Positions 28,770 through 43,789 of a stretch of DNA of 64,000 nt are shown one piece after another. The translations under genes and the position numbers were made by a program. The DNA is from the human T2T-CHM13v2.0 reference genome, Homo sapiens: the NCBI RefSeq assembly GCF_009914755.1, contig NC_060930.1, one strand, 5' to 3'. Under the pieces are notes generated by a model. The model made no database searches. It was not told the origin of the DNA and saw only the letters and a list, made by a program, of their open reading frames with translations. Within the stretch, counting starts at the first letter, position 1. Each line of letters begins with the position of its first letter.

Positions 28770-29340
28770 AAGACATTTAACTGGCTTTCCTGCTTCTATT
28801 CCTGCCCTCATCTCTGCCGTATTTCCCTCTCACCACAGCAGTCAGAATGACTGTTTCCAAACATGTCAGACCATGTTACCCCTCTGCTCAAAACTGCAGT
28901 AGCTCCCCATTTCAGGGTCAAAATTAAAGTCTTTCAGATGGTCTCTGAGGTTCTGACTCTTACTTGCTTATCTGACATAATTCTCTGTTATTACCACTCT
29001 TTAAATTGCACCCCTGACACACTCCTGGTTGTGCACTAGCTGTTTCTTTTGTCTACAACTTTATTTCCCAAACAATTGTCACTGTTCATTGCCTGACACC
29101 CCCAAATATTAGATGAAATATCACTTTCTCGATGAGATTTCTTCTAATCACCTTGTAAACAATTGATATAAAATTGGTAAACCTATTCTCTTAGCATTTG
29201 CTGATTTTCTCATATTGTTTTACTGTTTTCTATTTTTATTAACCTATCATATATTAACATAAAATTATTTATATTTCCAAGTACCTAATACAGTGCTTGA
29301 CATATAGAAGGTGATCAATACATATTTGTTCAATGCCAGA
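28770..29340 (+). mobile_element. L2 3' region
   Basis: cagaccatgttacccctctgctcaaaac and acagtgcttgacatatagaaggtgatcaatacatatttgtt. Confidence 0.7.
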
Positions 29341-29560
29341 GAATAATTTATAAACTAATTTGTGCAAGAAGTATTTTATGTATGCATATAAAAATAATAA
29401 TTCATGATCAAATATTGCTTGATGTGTTTATTTAAAAAAGTATGGTTTGTCTCCTTAAAATATTTGTCAGGAAAATAAACGTTGAGTTTAAAATCAAATA
29501 TAATTATGTAAATGACAACTCAGTCTTGAACATTGAGATATACTTCAAGTTCCCTCTTGA

Positions 29561-29690
29561 CCCATTTATGCCTAGTGTTCCATTATTGGAGTGCTAAGCA
29601 TGTGGGAGTTATTTGTATTCTATTGCTCAAGGTCATCACCAAGGTCTGACTGCAAAAATTCAAAAAATTGCAACCTCAGGCATAAATGGG
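29561..29690 (+). mobile_element. MER85 piggyBac MITE
   Basis: Perfect 13-bp TIRs cccatttatgcct...aggcataaatggg; flanks ttga / ttaa (TTAA TSD, left copy mutated); internal gttccattattgga. Confidence 0.92.
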
Positions 29691-30955
29691 TTAACTGTGA
29701 TGGTATATAATTTTAATATATTGTGATACTATATACTTTTAATATATTTAATTTCATACAAATGTATGATTTGGTGCTTTTATCTTTATCCTAAAGAAAA
29801 ATCTACCTATTTTCTTTTTTCAAATTTCAGTTATGTTTTCAATTTTCTTCTATCTATTGGATTCCGATAAATGGATGTAAATTGTCATGTAGTCTAATCT
29901 TATGCAATTACGCGGTCCCCAGTTAATGCAGAGATCATTCAAAAGTATACACATTGATGCATTTTAATTGTTATTTTGTACATACAACCAAGATCACAGG
30001 AGACACAGGAGATATGAAGCAAAGAAGACTTTTTGGATACAGTTTGTAAGATTAGATATACAACTACAGGGGGTAGATATTTCTAATATTTATCTTGGCT
30101 GTCCCATGAAGGTAGTTAAATTTTGTTTACTACAGAATAGCAAATTACACTGTCTGGCTTAAAGAATGCCTGAGTTGTAGTGCATGATAAGATATCTCCC
30201 AAATTATGTCAAATATATCTGTGAAAACTGAAAATAAGACTAAAGTTTGTAATACAACTAAATGCCAAAGTTGAATCTCTACCAACATCAAAGTTAATGT
30301 AATCAATATACAAATATTTTGTCTTCTCATCATCTAAAAGAAAGTAAAAAGTTTCATCATCCGTCTACATGCCACCTTTTAATAAATTGGAGCCCTATCT
30401 CCTCTAAACCATCTCCTCTCCCCAGTCGTTTTGCATCTATTCTGAAACAGCAACTCCATATGATACTCCAAGTGAGCATACAGGAGAGAGTCTGGAAACT
30501 TCGGTTTTTCATGCTTCCATTGATTCAGAGCATAGAAGCAGAATCCACCACAGTAGACTAGAGAATCTGTAGATGTTCAACAAGAACCAATGACTAGGTT
30601 GGAAACTTACCTTGTGTTCCACGTGTGGGACTGAGAAATTTATTTTGCCATTACTCAGTGAAGAGAGATGAGGCTTAAAGGTATCCACATGACCTAATTA
30701 CTAAAAATTTCTGAATTGGGGTAGCTTTCACTTCTTTAAGTAATGTTGAAAAAACAAACAGCAATATTTATAGATAGTTCTACAAAAATAGAGAATAGAA
30801 CCATTGTTCTGAATACTGAAATAAAATATAATTTAGATAATAGTCTACTGCGTTAATAAGAAAAACCTTTTGCCATATTCAAGAACATACAATGTCTATA
30901 AAATGAAAAGAGAAGAACACCAAGAGAGAAATAAATGAGATAAAAAGATAGCAGA

Positions 30956-31291
30956 AACCAGTTGTGGTGCTTCACGTCTGTAATTCCAGCACTTTGGGAG
31001 GCTGAAGAGGGAGGATCACATGAGGCCAGGAGTTTGAGGCCAGGAGTTTGAGGCCAGCCTGAGCAACATAATGGTACCTCATCTCCCCCCATTTTTTTTA
31101 ATTAGCCAGGTGTGGTGATGCACACCTGCAGTGTTAGCTACTTCAGAACCTGAGGTGGGAAAATCACTTGAATCCAGGAGGTCCAGGTGGCAGTGAGCCA
31201 CGATTGTGCCGCTGTATTCCAGCCTGGGTGACAGAGTGAGGCTCTGTCACAAACAAACAAACAAACAAACACCAACCAAACAAACAAAAAA
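30956..31291 (+). mobile_element. Alu (AluJ-like) with an internal 14-bp duplication and (CAAA)n tail
   Basis: tgaggccaggagtt occurs twice at 31021-31048. Confidence 0.88.
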
Positions 31292-31467
31292 GACAGATAA
31301 TAGAATGAAATGGAAAAGAAGGGTAACATAAGTTAGAATTTATAGACAAATAAAAATTGGAATTAAATTTACATCAGAGTCAGAGAAAAGCACAATTAGC
31401 GTTGAGATAAATAAATATATTTTTAAAATTCAAATTGGAGGAACTTTCTAATACCAAAACAAAATCA

Positions 31468-31741
31468 GGCCACGCATGGTCGCTTATTCCCACTCTTGTA
31501 ACTGCAGCACTTTAGGTGGCCAAGGCAGGAGGATCACTTGAGTCCAGGAGTTCACAACCAGCCTGGGCAACATCATGACACTCCAACTCTACAAAATTTT
31601 TTAAATCAGCTGAATGTGTTGGCTGATCCCAGCTACTCATGAGGTTGTGGTGGGAGGATCCCTTGAGGCTGGGAAATTGAGGCTGCAGTGAGCTGTGATT
31701 GTGCCACTGCCCCACAGCCTGGATGAAGAGTAAGACCCTGT

Positions 31742-31777
<36 letters not shown>

Positions 31778-31783
31778 TAAATA
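31468..31783 (+). mobile_element. Alu (AluJ-like) with (ATCA)n tail
   Basis: ggaggatcacttgagtccaggagttc; tetranucleotide tail. Confidence 0.88.
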
Positions 31784-32781
31784 AGAGAAAGAAAATTCTA
31801 CAATTTTGAGAAAGAAGAAATGTTAATGGGACAGAGAATTAGAAAAACAATTTAGAAATTGCATTGCCCTCAGCAATATAAAATGTATAATAGTGTAACA
31901 AGTTTTAATAATTTTTCTAGATCATTATATTATAATGTATATATGATTTCAAATACCACCACTAAAACCAAGAATTGGAACTAAAAAAGGCATTGAGGTA
32001 ATGGAAGCAGTAAATATAAGATAATATTTTATTGAAGAATTTTGTATATACTGTTTTTATTAAGGGATTCAGTTAAAGAGATATTTCATTGTTGACACTT
32101 AGACCTAGAATATAAAATACGACATTAAGCAAATGAGTCGAAAGAAATAAATCCTCAAAATAAAATATAATATGTACCATTTATTAGAAACAAATTCATT
32201 CAGGATAGTTACAAATAAAACCATGGGAGAATATGTTGGACAATGTATATTTCATATGAAATGGAAAAATTAAATTAATTCCCTTTAATATGAGGAACAT
32301 TGTTAAAATTCTCACTGTTACAACCATTTACTACTGTCCTAGAGGTCTTGGTCAAACCAAAATGAAAAAAAAAAAGGAAATAAGAGATATTTGGAAATTG
32401 GAAAGATTTGGGGGTTGATCAAGGAAAACAGATGTGATGAAAAAAGACAGTAATGCACACACAAACTTCATTGAATGGCACTTGGACAGGGTTGCATGAG
32501 AAGGGACGTCTCTCTAACTTAAGACCTTCAGACACTAATTGTGAGGAGGCCACCATCCAGAAGAGAAGGAACACAAGGAAACTCCTGAGGTAAAAGGGAA
32601 TCCGAGAGAGACTTACTTGTCCAAGTGATAACTAAGCAGCACCACGGAAAGTTTCTGGGTCAGAGAGCTCTTAAGGGCAGTAGCAGCTTAGGCTTTATCA
32701 CCACAAAGCTCTAGCTCATCAATGCCCAGCAGATGCTATATGTAGTTTTACAGGTTATACAAAGTAGGCAGGCTCTAAATA

Positions 32782-32861
32782 TTAGTTTGGTGCAAAAGTA
32801 ATTCAGGTTTTTGCCATTGAAAGTAATGGCCAAAAACACAGTCACTTTTGCACCCACCTAA
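32782..32861. mobile_element. MADE1 (Hsmar1 mariner MITE, 80 bp)
   Basis: ttagtttggtgcaaaagtaatt...cttttgcacccacctaa is an imperfect palindrome flanked by TA on both sides. Confidence 0.92.
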
Positions 32862-33009
32862 TAGCTAAAAATCTTCTTGTTTGGACTATTTTTAAAACCA
32901 TTATGTATGTAAAAATTTTAATGTGGTACCAGCTGGCATTTGAGCTAACAGATATCAGTCTGTAGTGAAGAAATATCAATGTAGGGGCCAATATACAGAG
33001 GCCTTTTTG

Positions 33010-33610
33010 CCTCACTTATATAACAAAATTTAAAAATTGGAAGATAAGTTAGTTATTCTAATCATATGCAGAGAAACTGGATTATCTAGCAAGTAAATGC
33101 ATAGAACAAATAGGTAAAATACTGAATGAATACAAGATTTCCACAAGGTTGCAGAATACAAGATTGATGCCCAACATTCAATGCCATTTCCTTACCAAAA
33201 GACTAACAGTTATAAAAAAAAATCAGAAATAAGATATTATTCCCTAGAATGACAAAACTGATACACATGACTATTTAAACACACACACACACACATACAC
33301 ACACACACAAACACTCATACAAAACCCATATGAGAGAAACTATCATAATGAAGATTTAAAAATCTGAATAAATGAAGAGATATGTCACTTTATGAGATTT
33401 CATGAATTAACAGTATACTGTCTGTTCTCTCCAAATTATCCTATTAATTTAAGCCAAATTAAATTATATATTTAATAATGCTTAATAACATTACTTAAAA
33501 ATACATAGGTAAAAAGGAGCCGCAAATGTAGGTTAACACTAGAAAATAATAGTGTGGGGGTAATTGTCCAGACAAAATAAAAATATATGACAGAATTATA
33601 TTAAGAAGAA
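33010..33610 (+). mobile_element. Old L1M ORF2 fragment with (CA)n
   Basis: caaggttgcagaatacaagattgat and ctctccaaattatcctattaattt are L1-like. Confidence 0.55.
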
Positions 33611-34806
33611 TGTGTAGATTTTGATTATAGCTTTTCTTTTGATTAAAAAAAGCCATAGACAAAGATAATATATTAAGAGATATACCTAAAATGTCTCCAA
33701 ACTAGAAGGGATTAATTACTATCATGCACACATTACTTTTGAAAATAAAGAATGCACATCACTGACTGTGGGAACTCCAATGCCCTGTTTGCTCCTTTCC
33801 CCAAAGTCTCAAACTAGACTCTCAGTGGTTTCTCTGTTGGGTTTATACCAGAGAAGAACTAAGGGCAGCTCAGGAAAATTAACCTCCTGAGCACTCCTAT
33901 GACACTTTATCCTTAAAGGGAAAGTAACAAAAAGCTGTTTCCAGAACCTTAAACAGGGAATCATGGCAAGAGATGTTCTGATGCTTCTTCCTAATCAGAG
34001 CCGAAGCTACAAGAAGAGACAGTGACACATATAACTTATTTTTGCTGTTTTCTTTTTTCAAAGCCTTCTTCTCATGCTTTTTGGGGCAAGAATAGGGGAA
34101 ATTTTATTCTTACTTCCTCTAGGACTTTGCTATTATTCCCACTAAGCTAGATTAGCTACTTTACATTTAGTTAAATAATACTATGCACAGTGAGGGAGAA
34201 GTCTACGGCCTGGGTGCTTCAGGATGGACTTACAACATAACAGCCAGCCTTTAAAGTTATTTATTTATTTATTTAGTTAGTTAGTTAGTTAGTTATTTAG
34301 TTATTTTGTTGCATGGCCCTATTTTGCATGTCAGGACCTGAATATAACCTCCTTTTTCATTATGACTCTTATGTATTCCAGCGTCCTTTTAAGTATTTGG
34401 GTGCCTTTGGTTAATTCGAACAAAAGTTACCTATTAAGGAAATCACAAATAAAAAACATATACCTTGATATACCTATGATTGCAAAGCAGTGTAAGTTTT
34501 ATGGAAGCCCAATAGAAGGAGAATTCTGAGAGAGAAATTTCAGTTCTGGTGATTGTTACATTTCAAGAAAAACCAAAACTGAAACTCTATTCTCTTCCAC
34601 AGAAATGTCTCATTCATTTCTGTGAAGGATATCTTTAATGTCCTTCACAGATGTTAAAACTTTAAGATTCTATGAGATATGGCATCAGGAATATCTCACT
34701 CTTTTTAATATTTTATGTAGTCTCTACTTAAATACTTTTCTTTACTTCTTTGATCTAATGAATTTTTCTGTGAAACAAAGAAGAAATCAAAGTTCAAATT
34801 CACCTC

Positions 34807-34987
34807 TAGGGTTGCCAGATAATATATATCGTACACTCTTAAATTTGAATTTCTGATAGAACAATATTTTTCAGTATAAGTATTTCCCATTCAAGATATG
34901 AGATATAATAATACATCCATTCCTTTTCTGAAATTCAAATTTAACTGGACTTTTTTCTGTTTTTATTTGCCAATTCTAGCGACCTTA
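34807..34987. mobile_element. MER53 palindromic DNA-transposon MITE
   Basis: tagggttgccagat...ttaaatttgaatttc...gaaattcaaatttaactgg...ctagcgacctta. Confidence 0.85.
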
Positions 34988-35989
34988 TATAATACATCAA
35001 ATTTTATGAGTTCATAAACTTTGTTAATCATGAAATTGGAAGAAGTATGGTAACAACCAATTTTTTGACATGTAATATCATAAGTAGTTCAAACTGAAAA
35101 CGTTTAAAACAACATTTTTATTTCAGTGAAATTCTTTCAGTTATACTTTTGAATCTTCATAAAAAATATTTTCAGTCTGGTAAATATACATAGATATGTA
35201 TTTCTTTTCCATTAAAATTTTTAAGGACATAATGTTTTCATATATTCTTTTATCAAATATTTTAGGTCAGTGAATCTAAAAATAGGATCAAAACTCAATG
35301 TATGAAAGAAAATGTATACACCTTCAAATCTATGAGTCACATGAACTTCACCAAAATCAAATTTTGTTTTTCTTTTAAAATTATTCTTCTCTGTATTTTT
35401 TATTTCTTTTATTTTCTTGAAAATTTGTATTTTTCAAGAAAGAGGGACATTTTGCCATTAGTACTGGTGAATACCATTCAGCTCTTTTTTTTAAGTCACA
35501 AAAAGCCAGAGGAATTCAAACTTCAACATATCTCTCACTATCCTCAAAAAACTTTCTTCCTCAGCTATACATAGGCATCTATTCTGCCAAGCATCTGCTG
35601 AGGAAATGATGTAAGTAAATTTCCAAAGATTTTAAGTCCCTAGCTTTAGCCTAAGTATAGCAATTGCCAGATTGCACTGTGACTTAAAATCATATCAAAG
35701 AAAAATGCACAAGCTTCCTCCACATGGCATTTTAAATTTTATGTATGGCTTTTAAAAATTGTCTATATAAGAGATTAGATACAAAATAATACTTTCTCAG
35801 GAAAAGGATGTTTCTAGAGGAGTTTATGGTAATACCATCTTCCTTAAAATGTGCTTACTTTAAAGGACCGATAGCAAGCAAGAGAAGAGTATATGCCAGC
35901 AATTAAAATATTGTCTCCAACTGAGTATCAAGGAGAAAAATATGCTGATGTCATTAATGTTTAAAAACATTCCTTTTACCACAAGTAAG

Positions 35990-36190
35990 GTATAGACTTA
36001 AGAAATTTTTAAACTCATGAAAGCCTTCTGAGCTTTCTTTTCTCTAATTAATGGGTGCAATGGGAAGTAAAGTGGCAAATACTATTTGGTATCATTCTGA
36101 AGATTAAATGTAAATAATGCATAAAATACAATGAACACATTGCCCAACATGTAGCAAGTACTCAATAAATAGAACTTATTATTATTTTTA
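35990..36190 (+). mobile_element. MIR fragment
   Basis: gaagattaaatgtaaataatgcataaaa...gtagcaagtactcaataaat. Confidence 0.6.
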
Positions 36191-36668
36191 ATTCAATTTT
36201 AATTTAATATATTAGATTGGTTTTAAAATTTATGAAGCTAGATGTCCTTGATGCAGTCTTACCAATCTAAATATACATTCAATTTTTTTGCATTAAAAGC
36301 AATACTCATTAATCAAGAATACAATATATTGTCACTAACCATTCTATACAATAGATATCACATTTAAACGTTAAATGATTACATATGGCTAGTACTGTGT
36401 TAGCCAGTCCAAAGACATGAAAATAATCTGAAATTTTTAAGTAACTGAGCTGACAGAAAGACTGATGATTATATGTTAGTACTATAATCAAAGAGAGCTA
36501 ACTGTAAATCTCTGGAATTTGACATGTCATCCACATTAATGTATAAGTTGTTAAGTGTGATACCAAGAAGAGAAATTGTTACCTACACGCCAAAGTCACT
36601 TAAGAAGATGGATGTGGATATAGTGTTTAGTTCTAAAATTAAAGGTGAAGCTATAAAAAAAGGATGGC

Positions 36669-37190
<522 letters not shown>

Positions 37191-40109
37191 GAGTTTATAA
37201 AATCAACTAATAAAATAAAGATAAATGACGATGAATTCTGGGATTGTTTTTTATATTAGTACAAGAGAGTAAAACCAATGATTTTCAGATCTTGGACAAC
37301 TTGCTTAGCATATCACAACCAGCTTTTCACTAACTCCTGCTTTGACATCATTGTAATTTATGTTGACGTAATTGAAAATTCAGAATATGATCTCATTACC
37401 TCTGTAGCCAGAGCCATTAGAAAGAAAAATATTCCTTACTGTAAAATAAATGATATGGAAAATACTAGTTGACTATTTTTTCTCTTCTATGAATCATAAT
37501 TATTTGTATTCTTGTTCACAATAGAAATCATGTGATTATGTAAATTACCATTACTATTCTATTTCTAATAAAATATTTTAAGATATTTTAACCTTAAGAT
37601 AACATGGTATTGTCATGTTAAACTATATTTCATAATATTTTTCATGGCATTATCCTTTTAAATGAGACATATTTAAAAACTAAATATAGAACCTAAATGG
37701 GAGAAGAAATTTGGTTAGATTATGCTATGTTTTATAGTGTTAAACTCTTCTATATATAGTTTATATGAAGATGATTGCATTTGTTCATCTTGCTTTAATT
37801 CATATTACTCAGTGCCTGAATAAACAGTACATTTTTTTATGGACACAAACTAACATCATATTGTCAGTTTCCATGCACTTTGAAGGGGATCATGTGATAC
37901 ACTGCAATATGTATTTGTTTAATTACTTCTCAAAAACGAAATCATAGAGTTGGAAGATCCATATAAAGAAGTGTGTACCAATGTTGAAGATGAAATGTAA
38001 TTATAACAAAATATTTTGTAAGTCTGAAAGCCATTTATGTCTGGTAAACATAACCATCATGGAAGAATATGGGTATGTTTGGCAGATCCATGTTTTCTCT
38101 TGGAAGGCAGTACGTTAGGATGATCACAAAACAGGAGATGTTTTATAATTATTTTGCAAATTATATTTTCAATATCTACACTAAAATGTCAGATACATAT
38201 TCTTATGGAAAAGTTTGTGGAACAAATTTAACTTAAAAATTTTTTAATGTAAGCAGTTACAAATTTGATGAGCTTTTGAATAACATGCCTTGAATTTCCT
38301 GAACAACTCTTCATTATGACTTACAAATTATTTGGAATTCAGTAAAGTATAGGATCCAATAATATAGCACATAAACAGAAATATAAAGTGTCTTATTTGT
38401 ACAAAAATGTGATTGTACTGACAGGAAAAATTTACAGATGAGATAAAGTTCAAAGAGAGGAAGTCAAACACTAAACTACGTATATTTCTGTATTTGAGAG
38501 CCATCACTCCATCTCATTAACTGGTTTATGTATTTAGGCATATTTTATTTAAAACTCACTATTTTTCTTACTTAATTCCTAGGTTGGTTCTTGTAAATAT
38601 TGTCTTTATAAAATTGTTTCTCTCTTAAGATTTATTTTTTTTTAATAATATGCTCTTATTTGGTATATCCTCTCTTGTGGGTCCAAACTCCTAAGGTCCC
38701 TAGGTTATGCTTTCATAAGCAATGACACCGGTTTAATGAAATGAAACAATTTACCCTCATAGGTAGTCTACTTCTATCAAGTAATATACTAGAATTAAGT
38801 CACTGGTTCTTAGACATTAAAAAATATATAGCAAATAATGAATCCAATGGTGCTAAATTCATGTGAATATATTACATCAGGCTATCGGTAAGGAGAGAAA
38901 TTCAGGTCAGAATGTTATTACTATATGTAGACAGATTCAAGCAAATAAAACTAGAGAAAAAGGTAAGGGACTGTATGGTTAAGAATAAATTGATAAATAA
39001 TAGATAAATTTGATATGTCATTTCTGTGTAAGAGATAAAAACAATATCCTTGATGAGGATGGAGTAAGGAAAACTTTAGGAAAGAGAAATTGAACAAAAG
39101 GCAAACAAACCCAAAAATCTTGGAGAATTTGAAAAAGAAGCAATAGAATATTAAAGAGGTTACTGTGTCAATACCTAAGAAAAGATGGAAATAATGTATT
39201 GGCAGTAGTGCTGAGACTAGAGGCCACTGTATTTTTAAAGCTATAAAAAATGTTGGGATTTCCACCAACTGTGGTCAGTAACTGTGACACCTGGATTTTG
39301 ATTAATTACTAAAGAACAAAAATTTATGCAAGAGAAAACCAATAATTAATAATTTGGTACTATCTAGATGCTAAGCACAATATTTATATTTTAGATACAA
39401 GATCTAACTAAACTTCAGAATAATTATCTTTTTTGTTTTTTACTCAACTACTGCACATGAAAAAATTTAGCTTCAGCAAAGTTAAATGTTTTGGACAAGA
39501 TTAATAAATAGTAGATATGGGGTGACATTGAAGTCCTTGAACTTCAAAAGAAATATTTTCCCAGCAAATAAAATTTCCTCCACAGGAAAAATAACAATGT
39601 TGGTTATGGGATTTTTGTCTCAAAAAAAAAAAAAAGGAAATGTAGAATGATTCAGAAAGTGAGAGAACTAGAAGGATAACAAGGCCCAGTGTTTTTTAGA
39701 GTAATGATGAGGTTCTTGGGACTTTTGTGGATGAGTTGCTACATTAAAGTGGTTGTGATTTTCCTTGCAGTTAAGGAGACCAAAAAATTTGAAGTAAGAT
39801 TTTAAAATACCGATGACAAGTTTTGTATTTGAAAAGAAAGACTATCAAGTAGGTGTATCCATCAATTAGTGAGGAGAAACCAAGAAGACAGTAAATGACA
39901 AAGTTAAAGCAGTAGCAAAGCTGATATAAGGTGACATGGAGCTCAAAGAAGAAGCAGATTTTGAATAATATGTGTAAAGCAATAGTTTCATAAATGCAAC
40001 TGTTAGCTTAGAGAAAGTAATAATGACCCCCATGGGGAATGGTACATGGTAGAATGCATAGCTTTCTATGATTCTGTAACAAACTGCAGAAAGAGAAAAA
40101 AGAACGTGT

Positions 40110-40585
40110 GGTGTGGTAGACTATCAAAAATAGTTTCAGCAAAATTTCCAACCAAAATTGGTCTTACAGACCTTTCTCTACCCCTTTATCCTAAATGAGC
40201 TTCTATAAAATCCTCAGCAAATATAATATACAGAGAATGACAATGTATGATTTCTGAAGATGTCATAAAAGTTAATACAGCTCATTGTCTCTATTGAAGC
40301 TTATTGTGGAATTTAGCACCATGTATAAGGAAGCCAATGCCATGTAGAAAGTCAGTATGTAAATCTTCCAACAGATAGCATCAGCAACATCTAAGCCAAT
40401 GGCTGGCATCAACTTCCAGATTTGGGAGGAAGCAATCTTTAGATAATTCTAGCACCCAGTCTTTGCAATGACAATGATCAGAGCAAAATCAAAATAAAAT
40501 TGCTGATTTATGAAAATAAATGTTGTCATTGTTTTAAACCACTTAATTTAGGGTTAGTTTATCACACAGAAACAGATGACCAGTA
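40110..40585 (+). mobile_element. Old MaLR LTR (MLT1H/I-like)
   Basis: tgtggtagactatcaaaaat...aaatgttgtcattgttttaaaccact...agttta. Confidence 0.55.
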
Positions 40586-41508
40586 AAAACTTTGAGTAGT
40601 GAAGATGAAAGAGCACTAAGAATTAAAAGTGCTCAAAGAACTGGAAGTGAACGACAGAGGAGGAAAAGTTAGGAAAGAAATGAGAGCTCCGGAGAATGTA
40701 AAAAACAGAGAGACTTGCATTTTGGCTGAGGATAAGAAGAACATAGATCAAAGGCACAGAGAAAAAATATGCTTGTAATATATACTAAAATCCCAGAGTT
40801 TCAGCTATTGATAAAAGTCAGATTTTTTCAGACAAAAGTATTTTATCAGCATTCAAAATAAATTACTCAGAAAATTATAGTGTCTCTTGTGGGAAAACTA
40901 ACCACCTCCTAGTTCAACTGTCATATATATATATAGCACTTAATGGTTATTGTATTTATTTTCTCATAGTTAAAATCACTGAAGGCCATCTTTGTATGAA
41001 AACATTGTACAGAGTTCAAAACACTAAAAATACACAAGTAGTTCTTGGTTTTGGGTCATAAAAACAAACTACATTAGGTGAGATAAAAGAGCTACTGCTT
41101 TTCATTTATTCAATAATAGGTACATTGAATCTTTCTAGCATTGGTCTTTATATATACCCAGTGGAACAATGTTAATTAATAATATTTTGAAATTTTAAAA
41201 TAAACCGAAAATTCAAAATTATAGGCTAAATTTACACATAATGCTATACTAATAAAATTCTGTGTGGTCAAGGATATTTATTTGAAAATAATTTTATATT
41301 TAGTTAATGATAAGTAGCCAGATCATTACTTTTCTATGAAAAAATTCTGAAAAGTATAAGAAGGCACCATTTTCAAATTAACATCTGGGATTTACTCAGA
41401 AAGTCATTGGTCAATAACTGTTTTAAAATAACTGAAATAAAAATCATCTGACATATGTTGTTTACCTTACCTAAAGTATATACTCATTTTATAAATTTTT
41501 GTACCCCC

Positions 41509-41584
41509 TGACAGACAGACAGACAGACAGACACACACACACACACACACACAGAGACAGAGAGAGAGAGAGAGAAAGAGAGAC
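41509..41584. repeat. (GACA)n(CA)n(GA)n compound microsatellite
   Basis: Seen directly. Confidence 0.9.
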
Positions 41585-42351
41585 ATTAGCACTTTTCCCA
41601 GCTTTCTCTTCATGGAGTAATTAAATTTATTCCATTTTTAAAATCTTAGACTCAGAAAATAATAAATAAGGAATATTACAGAACCGATTACATGATTTCA
41701 GTAAGCCAAAAATGATGTTCACTCTGTATTTCTTACTATCTCAATGATATTCTTCATTATACAAGTATAACACCTCTTAAGAGCAATTATTTAAGTAAAA
41801 TTTTGTCAGGGAGAAGATATGAGGATTACTCTCTTATTAAAAAAAAATTTAAAAAAAAGTAACTTGCCAAAAAAAGGCATGATTGAATTAGAGAAGCTCC
41901 CGTTTTTTGCGACCCTGCTCCTGAAGTGAAACCTTGGGTTCTAAACACCAAATGGTGGCCTCATCTACCATGACGCATGATATTTGTTTTATCAAACAGA
42001 ATAAACTCTATTAAAGATGCTCCTTAAAAGCTCTAATTTCAATTATACCCTGCTATCAGAGTTGGTCTACCATAGATAGACTAACAAATACTAATAGAAT
42101 AAAATCTAATGCATAAAGGACAGAAAAAGGTATTACATTTTTCCCCAAATTTACAAAATTGATTGTTCATTAAGATATTTATATGTACATCTTAATTTAA
42201 TTCACTTATCTCAGATTATTTTTAAATTTGCTTTTAAACTTGATGGAAAATTCTCCTGAATTGTGGCATAATTTGAGTTCAAAATATATTAATTATTTCC
42301 AAATCTTTATCTTGAATCAGGAAATGTTCATTTATTACAAGCTATTTCTAA

Positions 42352-42648
<297 letters not shown>

Positions 42649-43789
42649 TAAAATTGCTTTTAAACCTATAAAATAAGAATTTGATTGGGTTATTAAGGTA
42701 AGCCTGAATATGATGAAGTAGGTTGTAAAAATTTCGAATTTTTATTCATGCTAATCAAATCAACATTCTAAGAAATCCAGTATGGTATCTATTGAAAGGA
42801 TGATGACACTTTAATAATTATGGTATTGTGCTTTTATAGCCAGCTTCTAAAACTGTCATATCACTGAGTATCACAGACAAGATACAATAATAAGGTTACC
42901 CACAGAGAAAAGGTAAAATGCCTTGTAAATTTAACTTTCTAGATTTTCATTTTCAAGTTTTTGTACTAAATAAAAACTGAAGCCATATGTTCAGAAGTGT
43001 TCCTGTATCTGAAAAATAAGCTTATGGCACTTCCCCATAAAACACATTTCTAAGTCCCAAGATGGAGTAATTAGAGAGATGTTTCTACATGGAGTTCTAT
43101 AAATTGTCACACCTGTTTAGTTGAACAAAGAATGAAAATATGCAGACTTCAACAGAATTCAAGAACTCATTAAAAGACTTACACTTTACCAGCAGAAATT
43201 ACTTAATATAGGAAAAACGTCAGTCATTTTTCAGGCAGTCATGAAGTGATTTTTAAATCACTGAAAATGACAAATTAGAAGTGGAAAATTATCACAATTA
43301 TATAAGCAGTATTACTGCGATGTATAGAACATCTGCCCCCAGTGATAGCCAATTCAACATTCTACAAGGGAAGCCAATTGACGCATTCAATATTACAAGG
43401 CTAAAGGCAGTTATTACATTTTTTTCACTTTTAAAACAAAGAAAGCAATCATGTAATTTTCAGTTAGTATAAAAATTGAATACACTCTGAGTCAAAAATA
43501 AGCAGGTATCATATTTTCCATATGGCCATTTGTAGCAAATCATACATTTCATTTTTAAGAAATGATATATTTTTCAATCTTTTTTCTGTGTGTTAATAAA
43601 ACATGGAGAGAAAGCTGTGATTCTTTTCGTTCTACACATGGCCATAAGAATGTCAGTACTCAAATATAACTCTGTGATTTCAGACTAAAAAATTGTGTCA
43701 TACCTATTTTCAAATATGTCTGTCAGAAGAGAATGATAATACTTTGAACTTCTTTTAAGATTAAGAACATCCCCACATCTCATATTCTC

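Noticed and set aside
32400-32780. More GC-balanced tract, possibly an LTR fragment
   Set aside because: I could not assign a family or boundaries by eye.
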